DNA of 64,000 bases from Torpedo marmorata. Its lineage: Eukaryota. The notes under the pieces are model-generated. The model searched no databases. It was not told where the DNA came from and worked only from the letters and a program-made list of their open reading frames with translations. Position 1 is the first letter of the stretch. Each line of letters starts with the position of its first letter. Both the position numbers and the translations under genes were made by a program. The stretch covers positions 34,658,001 through 34,722,000 of the forward strand of contig OZ360251.1 in NCBI GenBank assembly GCA_977017645.1, written 5' to 3'. Positions 1 through 12,696 of this stretch are shown here, piece after piece.

Positions 1-111
1 TTTGGGTGGTAATGGTTTGAAAGGCTCTACAGAAGAAGTCATAATGAAGGGTTCCAGCCTGAAACAGCGATCATTCTCAGAATCAGAATTTATTGTCATG
101 AATACATGTGG

Positions 112-365
112 GGCAGCACGGTTGGCGTAGCGGTTAGCGCAACGCTGTTACAGCGCCAGCAATCGGGACCGGGGTTCGAATCCCGTGCTGTCTGTAAGGA
201 GTTTGTACGTTCTCCCCGAGTCTGTGTGGGTTTCCTCCAGGTGCTCCGGTTTCCTCCCACTGTTCGAAACGTACCGGGAGTTGTAGGTTAATTGGGTGTA
301 ATTGGGCGGCACGGACTCGTGGGCCAGAATGGCCTGTTACCGTGCTGTATGTCTAAATTTTAAAA
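112..365 (+). mobile_element. tRNA-derived V-SINE (HE1-like)
   Basis: tRNA-like head with A/B boxes (TGGCGTAGCGG; GGTTCGAATCC), V-domain core GAGTTTGTACGTTCTCCCC...CCGGTTTCCTCCCAC, CR1-like 3' tail. Confidence 0.85.
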
Positions 366-379
366 ATTCAATTTAATTT

Positions 380-910
380 TGTCTCAGTGCTGGTCACCTC
401 GTTACAGGAGGGATGTGGAAGCTATGGAGAGGGTGCAGAGGAGATTTACCAGGATGTTGCCTGCTTTGGAAAATATGTCTTACGAGTCAAGGTTAGCAGA
501 GCTGGGACTTTTCTCTTTGGAGTGAAGAAGGATGAGAGGAGACTTAATAGTGGTCTACAAGATTTTGAGAGGCATAGAAGGGTGGACAGCCAGCGCCTTT
601 TTCCCAGGGCGGGAGTAGCAAACACCAGAGGACATCTGTACAAAGTGAAAGGAGGGAAGTTTAGGGGAGACGTCAGGGGTAGGTTTTTCATACAGAGAGT
701 TGTGGGTGCCTGGAATGCTTTGTCAGGGATGGTGGTGGAGGCTAGAACATTAGGGGCATTTAAGAGACTCTTAGACAGGCACATGGATGGAAGAAAAATA
801 GAGGGTTACAGGGTCGGAAGGGTTTAGTATTTTTTGGTATATATAGGTCAGCACAACATTGAGGGCCGAAGGGCCTGCACTGTGCTGTAATGTTCTATGT
901 TCTACGTTCT
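380..910 (+). mobile_element. CR1 LINE 3' fragment
   Basis: Degenerate ORF2 C-terminus (RLFPR..NTRGH..RFFIQRVVGAWNAL) followed by GGGCCGAAGGGCCTG and a (TGTTCTA)n tail. Confidence 0.85.
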
Positions 911-914
911 ACGA

Positions 915-1510
915 ACGTGTCATGAAACTCGTTGTTTTGCGGAAGCATTATTGTGTGTTCCAGGTGCAAACATTACTATATAAAAAATAAATAAATTAGT
1001 GCAAAAGAAGAGAAAAAAAATGAGGCAGTGTCTGTGGTTCATTGCCCGTTCAGAAATCTGACAGCAGAGGGGAAGAAGCTGTTTTTGTGCCATTGGGTTT
1101 CCGTCTTCAGGCTCCTGTACCTTCTTCCTGTGAAGAGGGCATGGCCTGGGTGGTGGGGGTCTTTGAGGATAGAGGCTGCTTTTTTAAGACACCGCCTCAT
1201 GTAGATGTCCTCGATGGAGTGAAGTTTGGTGCCTGTGATGTCACAGGCCGAGTTAACAACCTTCTGGCGTTTACTCTTGCCCTGAGAGTTGGCGCCTCCA
1301 TACCAGGCAGTGATGCAACCAGCCAGAATGCTCTCCACGGTACACCTGTAGAAGTTTACGAGAGTCTTCGGTGACAAACCGAATCTCCTCAGACTCCTAA
1401 CGAAGTATAGCCACTGGCGAGCCTTCTTCGTGATTGCATCAACATGGAGGCTCCAGGACAGATCCTCGGAGATGTTGACACCCAGGAATTTGAAGTTATT
1501 GACCCCCTCC
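915..1510 (-). mobile_element. Rex1/Babar-type LINE 3' fragment
   Basis: ORF 1039..1530(-): FLGVNISEDLSW...CTVESILAGCITAWYG...DPHHPGHALF. Confidence 0.85.
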
Positions 1511-1854
1511 ACTGGAATCTGGAGCAACACACAAAGTGTTGGAGGAACTCAATGGGTCAGGCAGCATCCGCGGGAGAAAATGGACAGCCAGGTATTTCCT
1601 AATGCCCTGAAGCCGGGTTTCAACCTGACACGTTGACCATCTCTCTCCGCAGATGCTGCCTGCCCTGTTGAGTGTTTCCAACTCTTCATTTTTTTTTGCA
1701 GTGAAACAGAGTTAATGTTTCACGTCAATATCAGGGCATTGATTGGTCTGATTTATTTAAATGATACCAGAGGTTTTTTATTCAGAAGCTTATTCATTCA
1801 TAGGACTGTCAGGGTGAACAGTTAAAGCCCATTTCTCATGGGAGATTATTCTCA

Positions 1855-2730
1855 ACTTCAAGTTCAAGTTTATTGTTATCTGATTGTACGTACAACCCGA
1901 TGAAACGGCGTTCTCTGGTCCTCGGCGCAAAAGAACACATACAAACACACATCCAGGATAACACACGTACAAACGATACAAATGCAGTACGTATATATTT
2001 TAAAATTTGTTAAATTTAAATGTTTTTTAAAATTTAAATTTAGACATACAGCACGGTAACAGGCCCTTTCGGCCCACAAGTCCGTGCCGCCCAATTACAC
2101 CCAATTAACCTACACCCCCGGTACGTTTCAAACGATGGGAGAAAACCGGAGCCCCCGGGGAAAACCCACGCAGACACGGGGAGAACGTACAAACTCCTTA
2201 CAGACAGCGCCGGATACGAACCCCGGTCCCGATCGCTGGAGTTGTAAAGGCATTGCGCTAACCGCTACGCCAACTTTGCCGCGCTATATCTATACATAGA
2301 TAAAAATAAATAAATGTTGTTTCATAAATAGTAGAGTCTCGGATGGTTAGTGTGAGCAGTTCAATCAGTTGTTCAGCATTCTCACTGCCCGTGGGAAGAA
2401 GCTGTTCCTCAGCCTGGTGGTGCTGGCTCTGATACTCCTGCATCTCTTCCCCGACGGGAGCAGCTGAAAGATGCTGTGTGCAGGGTGGAAGGGGTCCTCA
2501 ATGATTTTGCGCGCCCTCTTCAGATAACGATCCCGGTAGATCACGTCAATGCGGAGAGAGGGAGACTCCAGTGATCCTCTCTGCCGCTCTTATAGTCCTG
2601 TAGATTGAGCTCCGATCCATTTCTCTGCAGCAACCGTACCACACTGTGATGCAGCCCGCCAGGACGCTCTTGATAGAGCTCCTGTAGATAGTTGACAGGA
2701 TGGCGGCCGGTAGCCTTGCCTGCCTCAGTG
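1855..2730 (-). mobile_element. Rex1/Babar-type 3' fragment interrupted by a V-SINE
   Basis: SIKSVLAGCITVWYG motif; AATAAA plus (CTTGAA)n tail near 1855; SINE inserted at 2030-2283. Confidence 0.75.
2030..2283 (-). mobile_element. V-SINE (HE1-like)
   Basis: Reverse-complement copy of the 112..365 element. Confidence 0.85.
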
Positions 2731-3295
2731 CATGGGTACAGCGTATTGTCTTGAAACGCGCCACTTGTAAGACTATTTGAGGACGCTCTAGCAAATGACT
2801 AATTCCCGGACTCTGGAATCAAAAGATGGTTGATTTAATTTCCAACAGGGAATTATAAATTCATTGGGATTTTTGAACAGAGCCTGGTTCACGGTCACCG
2901 TGACTGATGTGTTATTTAATTTATTTAATTAACCAAATTTAAGTTCCCTTGTTGCCATGGTGATATTTGAACTCACGTGTCCAGATTCTCGGTTCAAACC
3001 GTTGGATTTCTTCCATACTGTGCGCTAGGCCAATCTGTCACTGTGCATCAACATCCTGTGTCTGGTAATCCACTTCATCTCTGGCAAGCTGTGTCTACAG
3101 TACTCCTGTCTGGCTTGCTGCAGTTCCAAACTTCCACTGTTATCACACAGTGATTTTATTTTTTATTTTTGGGAATGAGTGAACTCCAACAAACTCACAA
3201 AAAAACGCTCAACGCCATCTGTCACAAAGTAACCCTCTTGAAAGGCACACTGTTGACCACCTTAAACATTCAGTCTGTGGTGACTTACAGCACAC

Positions 3296-3985
3296 CTGGG
3301 GTACAGGTACAGAAAGCTGTGAAGAAGGCAAATGGCATGTTGGCTTTCATAAAGAGGGGATTGGACTATAGGAGCAGAGACGCCCTTCTGCAGTTGTACA
3401 GGGCCCTGGTGAGACCCCACCTGGAGTATTGCGTCCAGTTCTGGTCTCCAAATTTGAGGAAGGACATACTAGCTATAGAGGGTGTGCAGCGCAGATTTAC
3501 AAGGTTAGTTCCAGGAATGGCAGGGTTGACATATGCTGAAAGGTTAGAAAAACTGGACTTATATTCGATGGAGTTTAGGAGGATGAGGGGGGATATGATT
3601 GAGGTTTACAAAATTATCAAGGGGATAGACAGGGTGAAGTCAGATTACTTGTTCCCAATGATGGGAGAGACGAGGACTAGAGGGCATAGTTTAAGAATTC
3701 AGGGAAGGCCCTTTAGGACGGAGATGAGAAAAAATTTCTTTAGCCAGAGAAGTGTGAATCTGTGGAATGCTCTGCCACAGAGGGTGGTAGAGGCAGATTC
3801 GCTGATTATGTTCAAAAGAGAGTTAGATAAGACTCTAATGGGCAGAGGATTTAAGGGTTATGGGGATAAGGCTGGTAAGGGGTACTGATAGTAGTGATCA
3901 GCCATGATCTGTAAAATGGCGGTGCTGGCTCGACGGGCCGAAGGGCCTACTCCAGCTCCTATTGTCTATTGTCTATTGTCTAAAT
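3296..3985 (+). mobile_element. CR1 LINE 3' fragment
   Basis: VKKANGMLAFIKRG...LYRALVRPHLEYCVQFWSP...; (ATTGTCT)n tail. Confidence 0.9.
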
Positions 3986-4195
3986 AGCGTACAGCAGCTC
4001 TCTGACAAAATGTACAAGCAGAAATCCCGTACAAATCATCGACAGCTAAAACGTTGCTTCATGAGATGAGAGACATGGACGTCCGAGAGGGCTACCCACT
4101 GTAACAGATATTAGAGCTAAAGACTTACCAAGAGAAGAGAAAAAATATATTTGTAATAACTTGTAATTGTTAAATTTGCAACTGAGTAAATCATA

Positions 4196-4397
4196 TACCG
4201 TATAATAGTCAATACTGTGTAAAAGTCGACACCCCTATTTTTGGCCCCGGACACCCGCCCATCTGAGCTCCCGACGCCCCGAACGATGCAGGTACTTACT
4301 GCAGTCAAAAGTAGTATCTGTGTAATACTCGACCCCCCTAAATTTTACCCTAAAAATTGGTCCACAAAATTCAACTATTATACGCGTATAAACGGTA
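4196..4397. mobile_element. TcMar/Tigger-like MITE
   Basis: TA-CCGTAT...AAACGG-TA termini; internal AAAAGTCGAC/CCCCTATTTTTGGCCCC shared with the copies near 52.7 kb and 58.3 kb. Confidence 0.6.
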
Positions 4398-4789
4398 TAT
4401 CCATTTATTGAAATGATATATTTTTGTATATATGTGATTATTATGTAGTGTGTGTGTGTGCGCACCATGGTCCGGAGAAACACTGTTTTGGCCGGTTGTA
4501 TATGTACAGTCAGATGATAATAAATTGACCTTGAACTATTAACACCGTGATAAGACTAACCGATTAGTGTGTGCCACAATTATTATTGATTATTCATACC
4601 TTCAAGTTAAATTATGATTGGTGATTTTATTCTGATAAACTAATTGGATAATTTTGTATAATTGAATAATTTAATTGCATGTATGAAGGTAACTACTGAT
4701 GTGGAGCAGTTTGGTGAGGGAGGAGGTGCACTTCTTGTGCACGTAACCGAGGTGTGATGGGAACAGATGCTGGTTCTCAGAGTTTTGTT

Positions 4790-5520
4790 GTTTGGCCACT
4801 TACCACCAGAGGCAGCCGTGTGCACCACCAGTCTGGACTTTGCCACACAAAGTATCCTTCGTGGAAACGTTTTTCCAGATGAAGACCTTCGACCACAAGG
4901 CCATCAGGCCGTGGTCAGCACGGAACGTCCTGCAGACACTGAGAGACGAGGACTCAATGGACACGGTGGGATGGTTCCTTGAGTCGACCGTCCTGGTCAT
5001 CTGGCAGAATGCCTCATCGCCAGGGCTCACAAACAAGCACCAGGCCTGGCTGGAGGTGAGAGGAGCACTCCCAGTCAGATCCTTCCTGTACAACAGGAAC
5101 ATCAGCCACAAAGCACGTTGTCCCCGAGATGACTGCGGTGGAGTTGGAGACAGTCGCCCACCTCTTTGCTGAATGCAGGTTCGCTAAGAGTGTGTGGAGA
5201 AGGATGCAAGGGTCCTTGTCACGGTTCATCCCCAGCAGCAGCGTGACAGAGGACTCTCTGATCTACGGGCTGTTCCCGGGGACACACACAGAGTCAGACA
5301 TCCAGAACTGCTGGAAGACCGTCAACTCGGTGAAAGAGGCACTTTGGTCTGCCCGAAACCTATTGGTCTTTCAGCACAGGGAGATGTCGGTGAGGGAATG
5401 ATGTCGGTGAGGGAATGCTGCCGACTGGCACATTCCAGGCTGCAGGAGTATGTGCTGAGGGACATGCTGAGGCTTGGTGCAGCCAACGCGTGGGCTCTGT
5501 GGGGAAGGACCACAGTCTAG
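4790..5520 (+). mobile_element. Tx1-type (L1 clade) ORF2 3' fragment
   Basis: zf-RVT-like CPRDDC..ETVAHLFAEC, LWSARNLLVF, RLQEYVLRD; frameshifted. Confidence 0.7.
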
Positions 5521-6570
5521 TCATAACTCCCTGAAAGTGGCGTCACAGGTGGATAGGGTTGTAAAGAGAGCTTTTGGCATATTGACCTTCATAAATCAAA
5601 GTATTGAGTATAGGAGCTGGGATGTTATGGTAAAGTTCTATAAGACATTGGTGAGGCCAAATTTGGAGTATTGTGTGCAGTTTTGGTCACCTAACGACAG
5701 GAAAGATATCAATAAGATAGAAAGAGTGCAGAGAAGATTTACTAGGATGTTGCCCGGACTTGAGGAACTGAGTTACAGGGAAAGGTTAAACAGGTTAGGA
5801 TTTTATTCCCTGGAACGTAGAAGAATGAGGGGAGATTTGATAGAGGTATTTAAAATTATGAGGGGGATAGACAGAGTAAATGTAGATAGGCTTTTTCCAC
5901 TGAGGGTAGGTGAGATACAAACCAGAGGACATGAGTTAAGGGTGAAAGGGGAAAAGTTTAGGGGGAACATGAGGGGGAACTTCTTCACACAGAGAGTGGT
6001 GGGAGTGTGGAACGAGCTGCCAGCTGAAGTGGTGAATGCGGGGCTCGATTTTAACATTTAAGAGGAATTTGGACAGGTACGTGGATGGGAGGGGTACGGA
6101 GGGCTATGGACTGGGTGCAGGTCAGTGGGACAAGAGAGAATAGTCCGGCACAGACTAGAAGGGCTGAAGGGCCTGCTTCTGTGCTGTAATGTTCTATGGT
6201 TCTAAGAAGAAAAACCTGACCCTTTTTGTCAGAAATAGATACAGGTTCGTGTGATTCATTCTGGTTTTTGAGTCAAGGATAACCAGCAAAATCATTAGCT
6301 GAACTGAAAGCAGCTCTGGTGAAATTCTCACCATTCAGAAATGTGACCGAGCTCCATGTTAAATTCATGTTAAATTCTAACTCAGTGGTGAATGCGGGCT
6401 CAATTTTAACATTTAAGAGGAATTTGGACAGGTACGTGGATGGGAGGGGTATGGAGGGATATGGGCTGGGTGCAGGTCAGTGGGACTAGGCAAAAAAAAT
6501 GGTTCGGCACAGATTAGAAGGGCCGAAGGGGCCTGTTTCTGTGCTGTAATGTTCTATGGTTCTATGGTTC
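5521..6570 (+). mobile_element. CR1 3' fragment plus a second copy of the 3' end (6385-6570)
   Basis: QVDRVVKRAFG...LVRPNLEYCVQFWSP; two GGGCCGAAGGGCCTG...TGTTCTATGGTTCT tails. Confidence 0.85.
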
Positions 6571-6839
6571 TTGAGTCCTCCTGTCAACAGTCTGAGACCG
6601 AGGGGAAGCCACTCAACCAACAGAGGGGGGAGTAACGACAGGGCAATGATGTAAATAGAAATGAATGTAACAATGTACAGTAACGGATGGATATGAAAGT
6701 GAGGGTGGGGAGAGATTTCGAACGGTTTTCCTTTTGTAAATAATTTATTGTGAATAAAGTCTAATTTTGGTTAAATAAAATCTCCACACTGCTCAGTCTA
6801 CACCCACTGTTGTTTGCCCTATGAAGGCACACACTGGAG

Positions 6840-7250
6840 AAGAGAATAAAAGAGCCCCTTCAGAGACACTGAGGGTCTGTGGATCCCGTCACCTCCTCCG
6901 TAGCCGCCGCCTCCTACGGCCCCGTAATCCCCGTAGCCACACGGTCTCCTGTCTGGTCCAGCGGTGACCCCGAGCTCCAGACGTCTGTCTCCCTCCTCGG
7001 CCCCCGATTCCCAACCCCCGATGCGGTCAAGAGGCCGTCAGCGCCCGAGTCCCTGCTCGCCATTGGCACCCTCACGGACCCCGATCCCGATCCCTGGTTC
7101 CCACGAGCCGGTCTCCAGCACCCCATGCTGCCCCGAGCCCCTCGCTGGTCCGCTGCCGTGGTCTCCTCCCCTGTGAGGTCCTCTTCCAGGTCCCGCACAG
7201 TGGGGTGGACGGAGTTTATGGAGGAAAACAAAGCCCTTGAGTATTTTTAA
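6840..7250 (-). mobile_element. Fragment of a GC-rich non-autonomous retroelement related to 8266..9060
   Basis: Resembles the AAAAGAG(A)GTCCCC...GAGCTCCAGA...GGTCCGCTGCCGTGGTC segments of the 8.3 kb and 40.5 kb copies. Confidence 0.45.
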
Positions 7251-7309
7251 AGCAGAAGAGGGTGTTCTTGATAAGTGAGGGGTATCCTGGACCCAACACA
7301 CTAATGGCA

Positions 7310-7695
7310 TCGTGAAGAAAGCACACAGCGACATCACAGGCACCAATCTTCACTCCATCGAGGGCATCTACAAGAGGTGGTGTCTTAAGAAAGCAAACTC
7401 TATCCTCAAGGACCCCCACCACCCAGGCCATGCCCTCTTCACTCTGCTTCCATTGGGAAAAAGGTACAGGAGCCTGAAGACGAGCACTCAACGGCACAAG
7501 GACAGTTTCTTCCCCTCCGCCATCAGATTCTTGAATAATCAATGAACCACAGACACTACCTCACTTTATCCTATTTTCTTGCACTATTTATTTATTTTTG
7601 AAATGTGAATCTACAGCAATATTTGCACCTGTGATGCTGCTGCAAAACAACAAATTTAGTGACATGTTCATGACAATAAATTCTGATACTGATTC
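7310..7695 (+). mobile_element. Rex1/Babar 3' fragment
   Basis: DITGTNLHSIE...DPHHPGHALFTLLPLGKRYRSLKT; (TTCTGA)n tail. Confidence 0.85.
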
Positions 7696-7934
7696 TGCCA
7701 CTGGGGAGCGAGAGGAGGGAGAACTGACAGGGAGAGAGAGTGGCAGAGGGGACAACCTCAGGGAGACAAATTCCAGGAGTGAGTGTGTGTTTGAAGCATC
7801 ATCTGATCGCATCTGCATGGACAGTGATCAGTCCGGCCCTTGCCTCTGTTCATAACCTTCCACACTTGGAGTGGCTGAGAAATTGCTCTGTAATGCTCCA
7901 AGATAGTAAAAACACAAAGCTGGGGAAACTCAGC

Positions 7935-9610
7935 ATAGAACAGTATAGCACAGAAAACAGGCCCTTTAGCCCTTCTAGTCTGTGCCAAACTATTATTCTG
8001 CCTCGTCCCACTGACCTGCACCCAGTCCATAGCCCTCCATACCCCTCCCATCCATACCTGTCCAAATTCTTCTTAAATGTGAAAATTGAGCCCGCATTCA
8101 CCACTTCAGCTGGCAGCTCGTTCCACACTCCCACCACTTTCTGTGTGAAGAAGTTCCCCCTAAACTTTTCCCCTTTCACCCTTAACCCATGACCTCTGGT
8201 TTGTATCTCACCTACCCTCAGTGGAAAAAGCCTATCTACATTTACTCGGTCTATCTCCCTCATAATTCAAGATTCAAGATTCAATTTATTGTCATGCAAT
8301 AAAACAGTGTCATATTACACGAAATTCCTTTTGCCTGCTGTAAGGCAGACAGATTCGCCATCGGCAGAAATTGCCTGAAGCGCCTCTTACAGTCAGAGAA
8401 AGAAAAGCAAAAGAGAGTTCCCCCAGTGTCCGTAGATTCGCCTCCAGCGTTTCCGCAGCCTCACAGAGTCCAGTCCAAACCATTGGCAACCTGAGCTCCA
8501 GATCCGAACCTCCGACACAGTCAGGAACCCTTCAGCGCCTTCGGCACCCCCTCGCATCCCGGTTGTGATACCTGGTACTCCTCCAGCCAGTTCGAGCCAG
8601 TCTCCAACAGTCCGCAGCCTCCACGGGTTCCTCGCCTCGAGTCGCCAGCAGCCCGCTGCATGCATTGGTCTTTCAGCCGCAGAGCCCCCTCACTGGTCCG
8701 CCACCGTGGTCACCGTCCTGTGGGTCGTCTCCTCAGCTTCTCCTTCTCAGACGGGGGATGGTCTCCCCGTTTTCTGGTGCCCTGCGCCAGTCCTCTGCTC
8801 CCCTGGAGTCTGCAACCCCTCGTGGCTGCTGCCGATCAGAGGCGCTGCCATCTTGGGCGCAGACCCCGCGGTCGCGGGATTTTAAATAAAATTACCATCG
8901 GCTCCTTTAACGGACCGTTCAAAGCCTGTGCGGAGCTGATGGCAGTCGACCGGGCGGTTGGACCCGCGGGAGCGCTGTATCTCTGCTCCTCGCTCTCCGC
9001 GGGTCCGCACCAGCGGCAGCGCTACCGTTACAGCGGCTCCGGCAGCGCCGCCATCTTCCACATTTTAAATACCTCTATCAAATCTCCCCTCATTCTTCTA
9101 CGCTCCAGGGAATAAAGTCCGAACCTGTTTAACCTTTCCCTGTAACTCAGTTCCTGAAGTCCGGGCAACATCCTTGTAAATCTTCTCTGCACTCTTTCTA
9201 TCTTATTGATATCTTTCCTGTAGTTAGGTGTCCAAAAATGCACACAATATTCCAAATTTGGCCTCACCAATGTCTTATACAACTTTACCATAACATCCCA
9301 ACTCCTATACTCAAAGGTAAAGGTTCCATTATTGTCACGTAATACAATATTTAGAATGTAACATACATGAAATTCTTTAATTTTTGTCTACCGTAAGGCA
9401 GACAGAGGGTCGCTACTTTGTCCAGCGCCCCTCACAGAAACCTACAGCACCTGGTGTTCCTAGGCAGTCTCCCCTCCAAGTATTGACCAGTCCTGTGCCT
9501 GCTTAGCTTCCGAGATCAGACAATCCCAGTCGTATTCAGGCTCAATACTTTGCTTTATGAAGGCCAATATGCCAAAAGCTCTCTTTACAACCCTATCTAC
9601 CTGTGACGCA
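7935..9610 (-). mobile_element. CR1 3' fragment split by nested insertions
   Basis: ORF2 C-terminal pieces in ORFs 9028..9291 and 7850..8263 that rejoin across 8266-9060. Confidence 0.85.
8266..9060 (-). mobile_element. ~0.8 kb non-autonomous non-LTR element
   Basis: 5' GGAAGATGGCGGCG start; 3' AATAAA plus (TTGAATC)n tail; close copy at 40464..41294; interrupts a CR1. Confidence 0.75.
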
Positions 9611-9789
9611 CTTCAAGGGCTCAAGCCCGAAACGTTGGTTATGTATCTTTATCTTTGCTACATAAAGTACACTGTTTGACCTGCTGAGTTTCTCCATCTT
9701 TGTGTTTTGACTGCAGACTTTCGTGTTTTACTCCTGTAATGACCCTGCCTTCACAGCAGGTGGCACACAAGGGCCAGTTGTCCAATTAA

Positions 9790-10830
9790 CCTCCACCACC
9801 ATCAACTCAGCCCTCACCCGCATCTCCTCCATTTCCCGCTCATCTGCCCTGGCCCCCTCTGCCCCCAGACGCAACAAACATAGAATCCCCCTCATCCTCA
9901 CCTACCACCCCACCAGCCTCCGCATCTAACACATTATCCGCCGGAATTTCCGGCACTTACTACAGGATCCCACCACCAGACACATTTTTCCTTCTCCTCC
10001 CCTCTCGGCCTTCCGCAGGGACCGCTCCCTCCGCGATTCCCTCGTGCACTCATCTTTCCCCACCCATCGCACCCCTGGAACCTTCCCCTGTGCCCGCAGG
10101 AGGTGCAACACCTGCGCCCACACCTCCTCCATCACCACAGTCTGGAGCCCCAAACAGGCCTTCCAAGTGAAACTACACTTCACTTGTACATCCAGAGAAC
10201 TTATTTACTGCATCCGGTGCTCCCTTTGTGGCTTTCTCTACATCGGAGAGACCGGTCGTAGATTGGGAGACCGCTTTGCTGAGCACCTCCTCTCCGTCCG
10301 CACAACAGCGACCTCCCAGTAGCCAACCATTTCAATTCCGAGTCACACTCCCACACTCACATGTCTGTCCATGGCCTCATGTACTATCCCACCCAGACTA
10401 CCCGCATATTGGAGGAACAACATCTCATTTTCCGTCTGGGCACTCTCCAGCCAGATGGCATTAACGTTGACTTTTCTGCTTTCCACTAAACCTGCTTGTC
10501 GTTCCCTTCCCCTCCCCCCTCACCTGTCCTTCCTGTTTTTTTCCACCCACCCAGCCATCCCTCCTCCCCCTCTTTGCTGCTGTCCCCTCCCTCCTTTCTC
10601 CACCTATCATCTCCTGCCTTTACCACCTCCCCCCCTTCCCCCCCCCCTCACTCTTTTGTTCGGACGCCTGCCGGCATTTTCTCATACTTTGATGAAGGGC
10701 TCAAGCCCGAAACGTCAGTTATGTATTTCTACCTTTGCTACATAAAAGACACTGTTTGACCTGCTGAGTTCTCCAGCTTTTGTGTTTTTACTTCAACCAC
10801 GGTGTCTACAAGATTTTTGTGATTTACTTC
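9790..10830 (+). mobile_element. Penelope-like element 3' part (GIY-YIG endonuclease plus pseudo-LTR)
   Basis: ELIYCIRCSLCGFLYIGETGRRLGDRFAEH; near-identical to 49140..50130. Confidence 0.9.
10683..10723 (+). ncRNA. Minimal type I hammerhead ribozyme motif (PLE pLTR)
   Basis: CATACT-TTGATGAA-GGGC TCAA GCCC-GAAA-C GTC-AGTTATG. Confidence 0.65.
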
Positions 10831-11164
10831 TTTCCTCTTCTCTGGCAGACACTCGGGATCAAGGGGATACCTGCTTCCTCTTGCCCTCTGTGTTCTGAGC
10901 TGTCTGCAGAGCTGGAGATGAGACCCACATGCTCTGCTTCAGATGGGTCCAGAGGAGGCTGAATAGAGTTTAAGGAGGGGGATAGATGAGGAGCTGGTTA
11001 GATAAGATAGATAATATTGCCATATACATTGTACAATGTAAATAAGCATGAAATGCATGCTGCAGCTAAATAGCTACTTTGTTAAAATAAACAACTACAA
11101 TAGAATACGCTGTTGAATTAATAAGTGGTAATGATTAAAAAAGATCGATAGATAATAAACATTT

Positions 11165-11685
11165 AGAATCAGAATTTATTGTCATAATCATGTCATAAAA
11201 TTTGTTATTTTGCAGCGGCATCACAGTGCGAACGTTGCTATAAATTACATTTAAAAATAAATAAATTAGTGCAAAAAATTAAGACAAAGTAAGGCAGTGT
11301 CTGTGGTTCATTGATTATTCAGGAATCTGATGGCAGCGGGGAAGAAGCTGTCCTTGTGCCGTTGAGTGCTCGTCTTCAGGCTCCTGTACCTTTTCCCCGA
11401 TGGAAGCAGAGTGAAGAGGGCATGGCCTGGGTGGTGGGGGTCTTTGAGGACAGAGGCTGCTTTTTTAAGACACCGCCTCATGTAGATGTCCTCGATGGAG
11501 TGAAGTCTGGTGCCTGTGATGTCACAGGCCGAGTTAACAACCCTCTGGAGTTTACTCTTGTCCTGAGAGTTGGTGCCTCCATACCAGGCAGTGATGCAAC
11601 CAGCCAGAATGCTCTCCACGGTACATCTGTAGAAGTTTACGAGAGTCTTCAGTGACATACCAAATCTCCTCAAGCACCTCGCAAA
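11165..11685 (-). mobile_element. Rex1/Babar 3' fragment
   Basis: ORF 11308..11673(-) of the same family. Confidence 0.85.
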
Positions 11686-12134
11686 TCAATCTGCTAATCA
11701 ACTGCCTCCCTCTCCCCCTCCCCCACTGTCCTTCATCCCCTCCCTGGTTCACCCATCCCTGACTGGCCCCTGTCCAGCCCCTCCTGTCCTCCATCTGGAA
11801 TGAAGGCCTCAGCCCCAAATCGTTCACCGTTCCTTTCCTCCCACTGATGCAGCTGGGTACTTTTTTGTTACTGCAAATTCCATCATCTGCATTCTCTTGT
11901 GTGTCTCTGGGTTAAATGTTAAATGGACCACCTCCGTCAATGAGAAAGAATTTCAAATATGTGCCATGCCCTCCACTCTGATAACGCAGGAGATGCAAGA
12001 TTGTGCAATGTTCCAATTGTGTAGATAGCAATTGCCTTGCTCATAGGTAAACAATCAACGTGACCCCCATGCCGTGGTATTGAGTCACTTGTCAACCATC
12101 CCAACTTTTCCTACTGAGATCCAAAGTCAGGAAT

Positions 12135-12600
12135 TTCAAGTCAAGTCAAGTTCAAGTTTATTGTCATCCGATTGTACAAGTACAACCCGACGAAACAGCG
12201 TTCTCCGGTCCTCGGTGCAAAACACACAGACACACAACCAGACATAACACACGTACAGACAAACAATACATATGCAGGACAAGTATTCAGGATAAGTGTT
12301 CATCTATACAAATAAATATTGTTTCATGAATATGAGAGTCTCGGATGGTTAGTGTGAGCAGTTCCTCTGGTCGTTCAGCATTCTCACTGCCCGTGGGAAG
12401 AGGCTGTTCCTCAGCCTGGTGGTGCTGGCTCTGATACTCCTGTATCTCTTCCCCGATGGGAGCAGCTGAAAGATGCTGTGTGCGGGGTTGAAGGGGTCCT
12501 CAATGATTTTGCGCGCCCTCTTCAGACAACGATCCCGGTGGATCACGTTGATGGTGGGGAGGGAGGGGGGGGGGGGGGAAAGACTCCAGTGATTTCTCCT
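12135..12600 (-). mobile_element. Rex1/Babar 3' fragment (second subfamily)
   Basis: RCLKRARKIIEDPFNPAHSIFQLLPSGKRYRSI; (CTTGA)n tail. Confidence 0.8.
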
Positions 12601-12696
12601 CAGGCATGAAGAAACACAGAGGTTACAGGGAAGCAGAGGGCAGAAGCATCGGAGGAGGTGGCGGGATCCACGGGCACTCAATGTCTCTGCAGGGTC

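Noticed and set aside
112-190. tRNA genes in SINE heads
   Set aside because: A/B boxes are followed by the V-domain and LINE tail, in many copies; these are SINEs
3169-3888. 239-aa ORF as a host gene
   Set aside because: CR1 ORF2 C-terminus with chance upstream read-through
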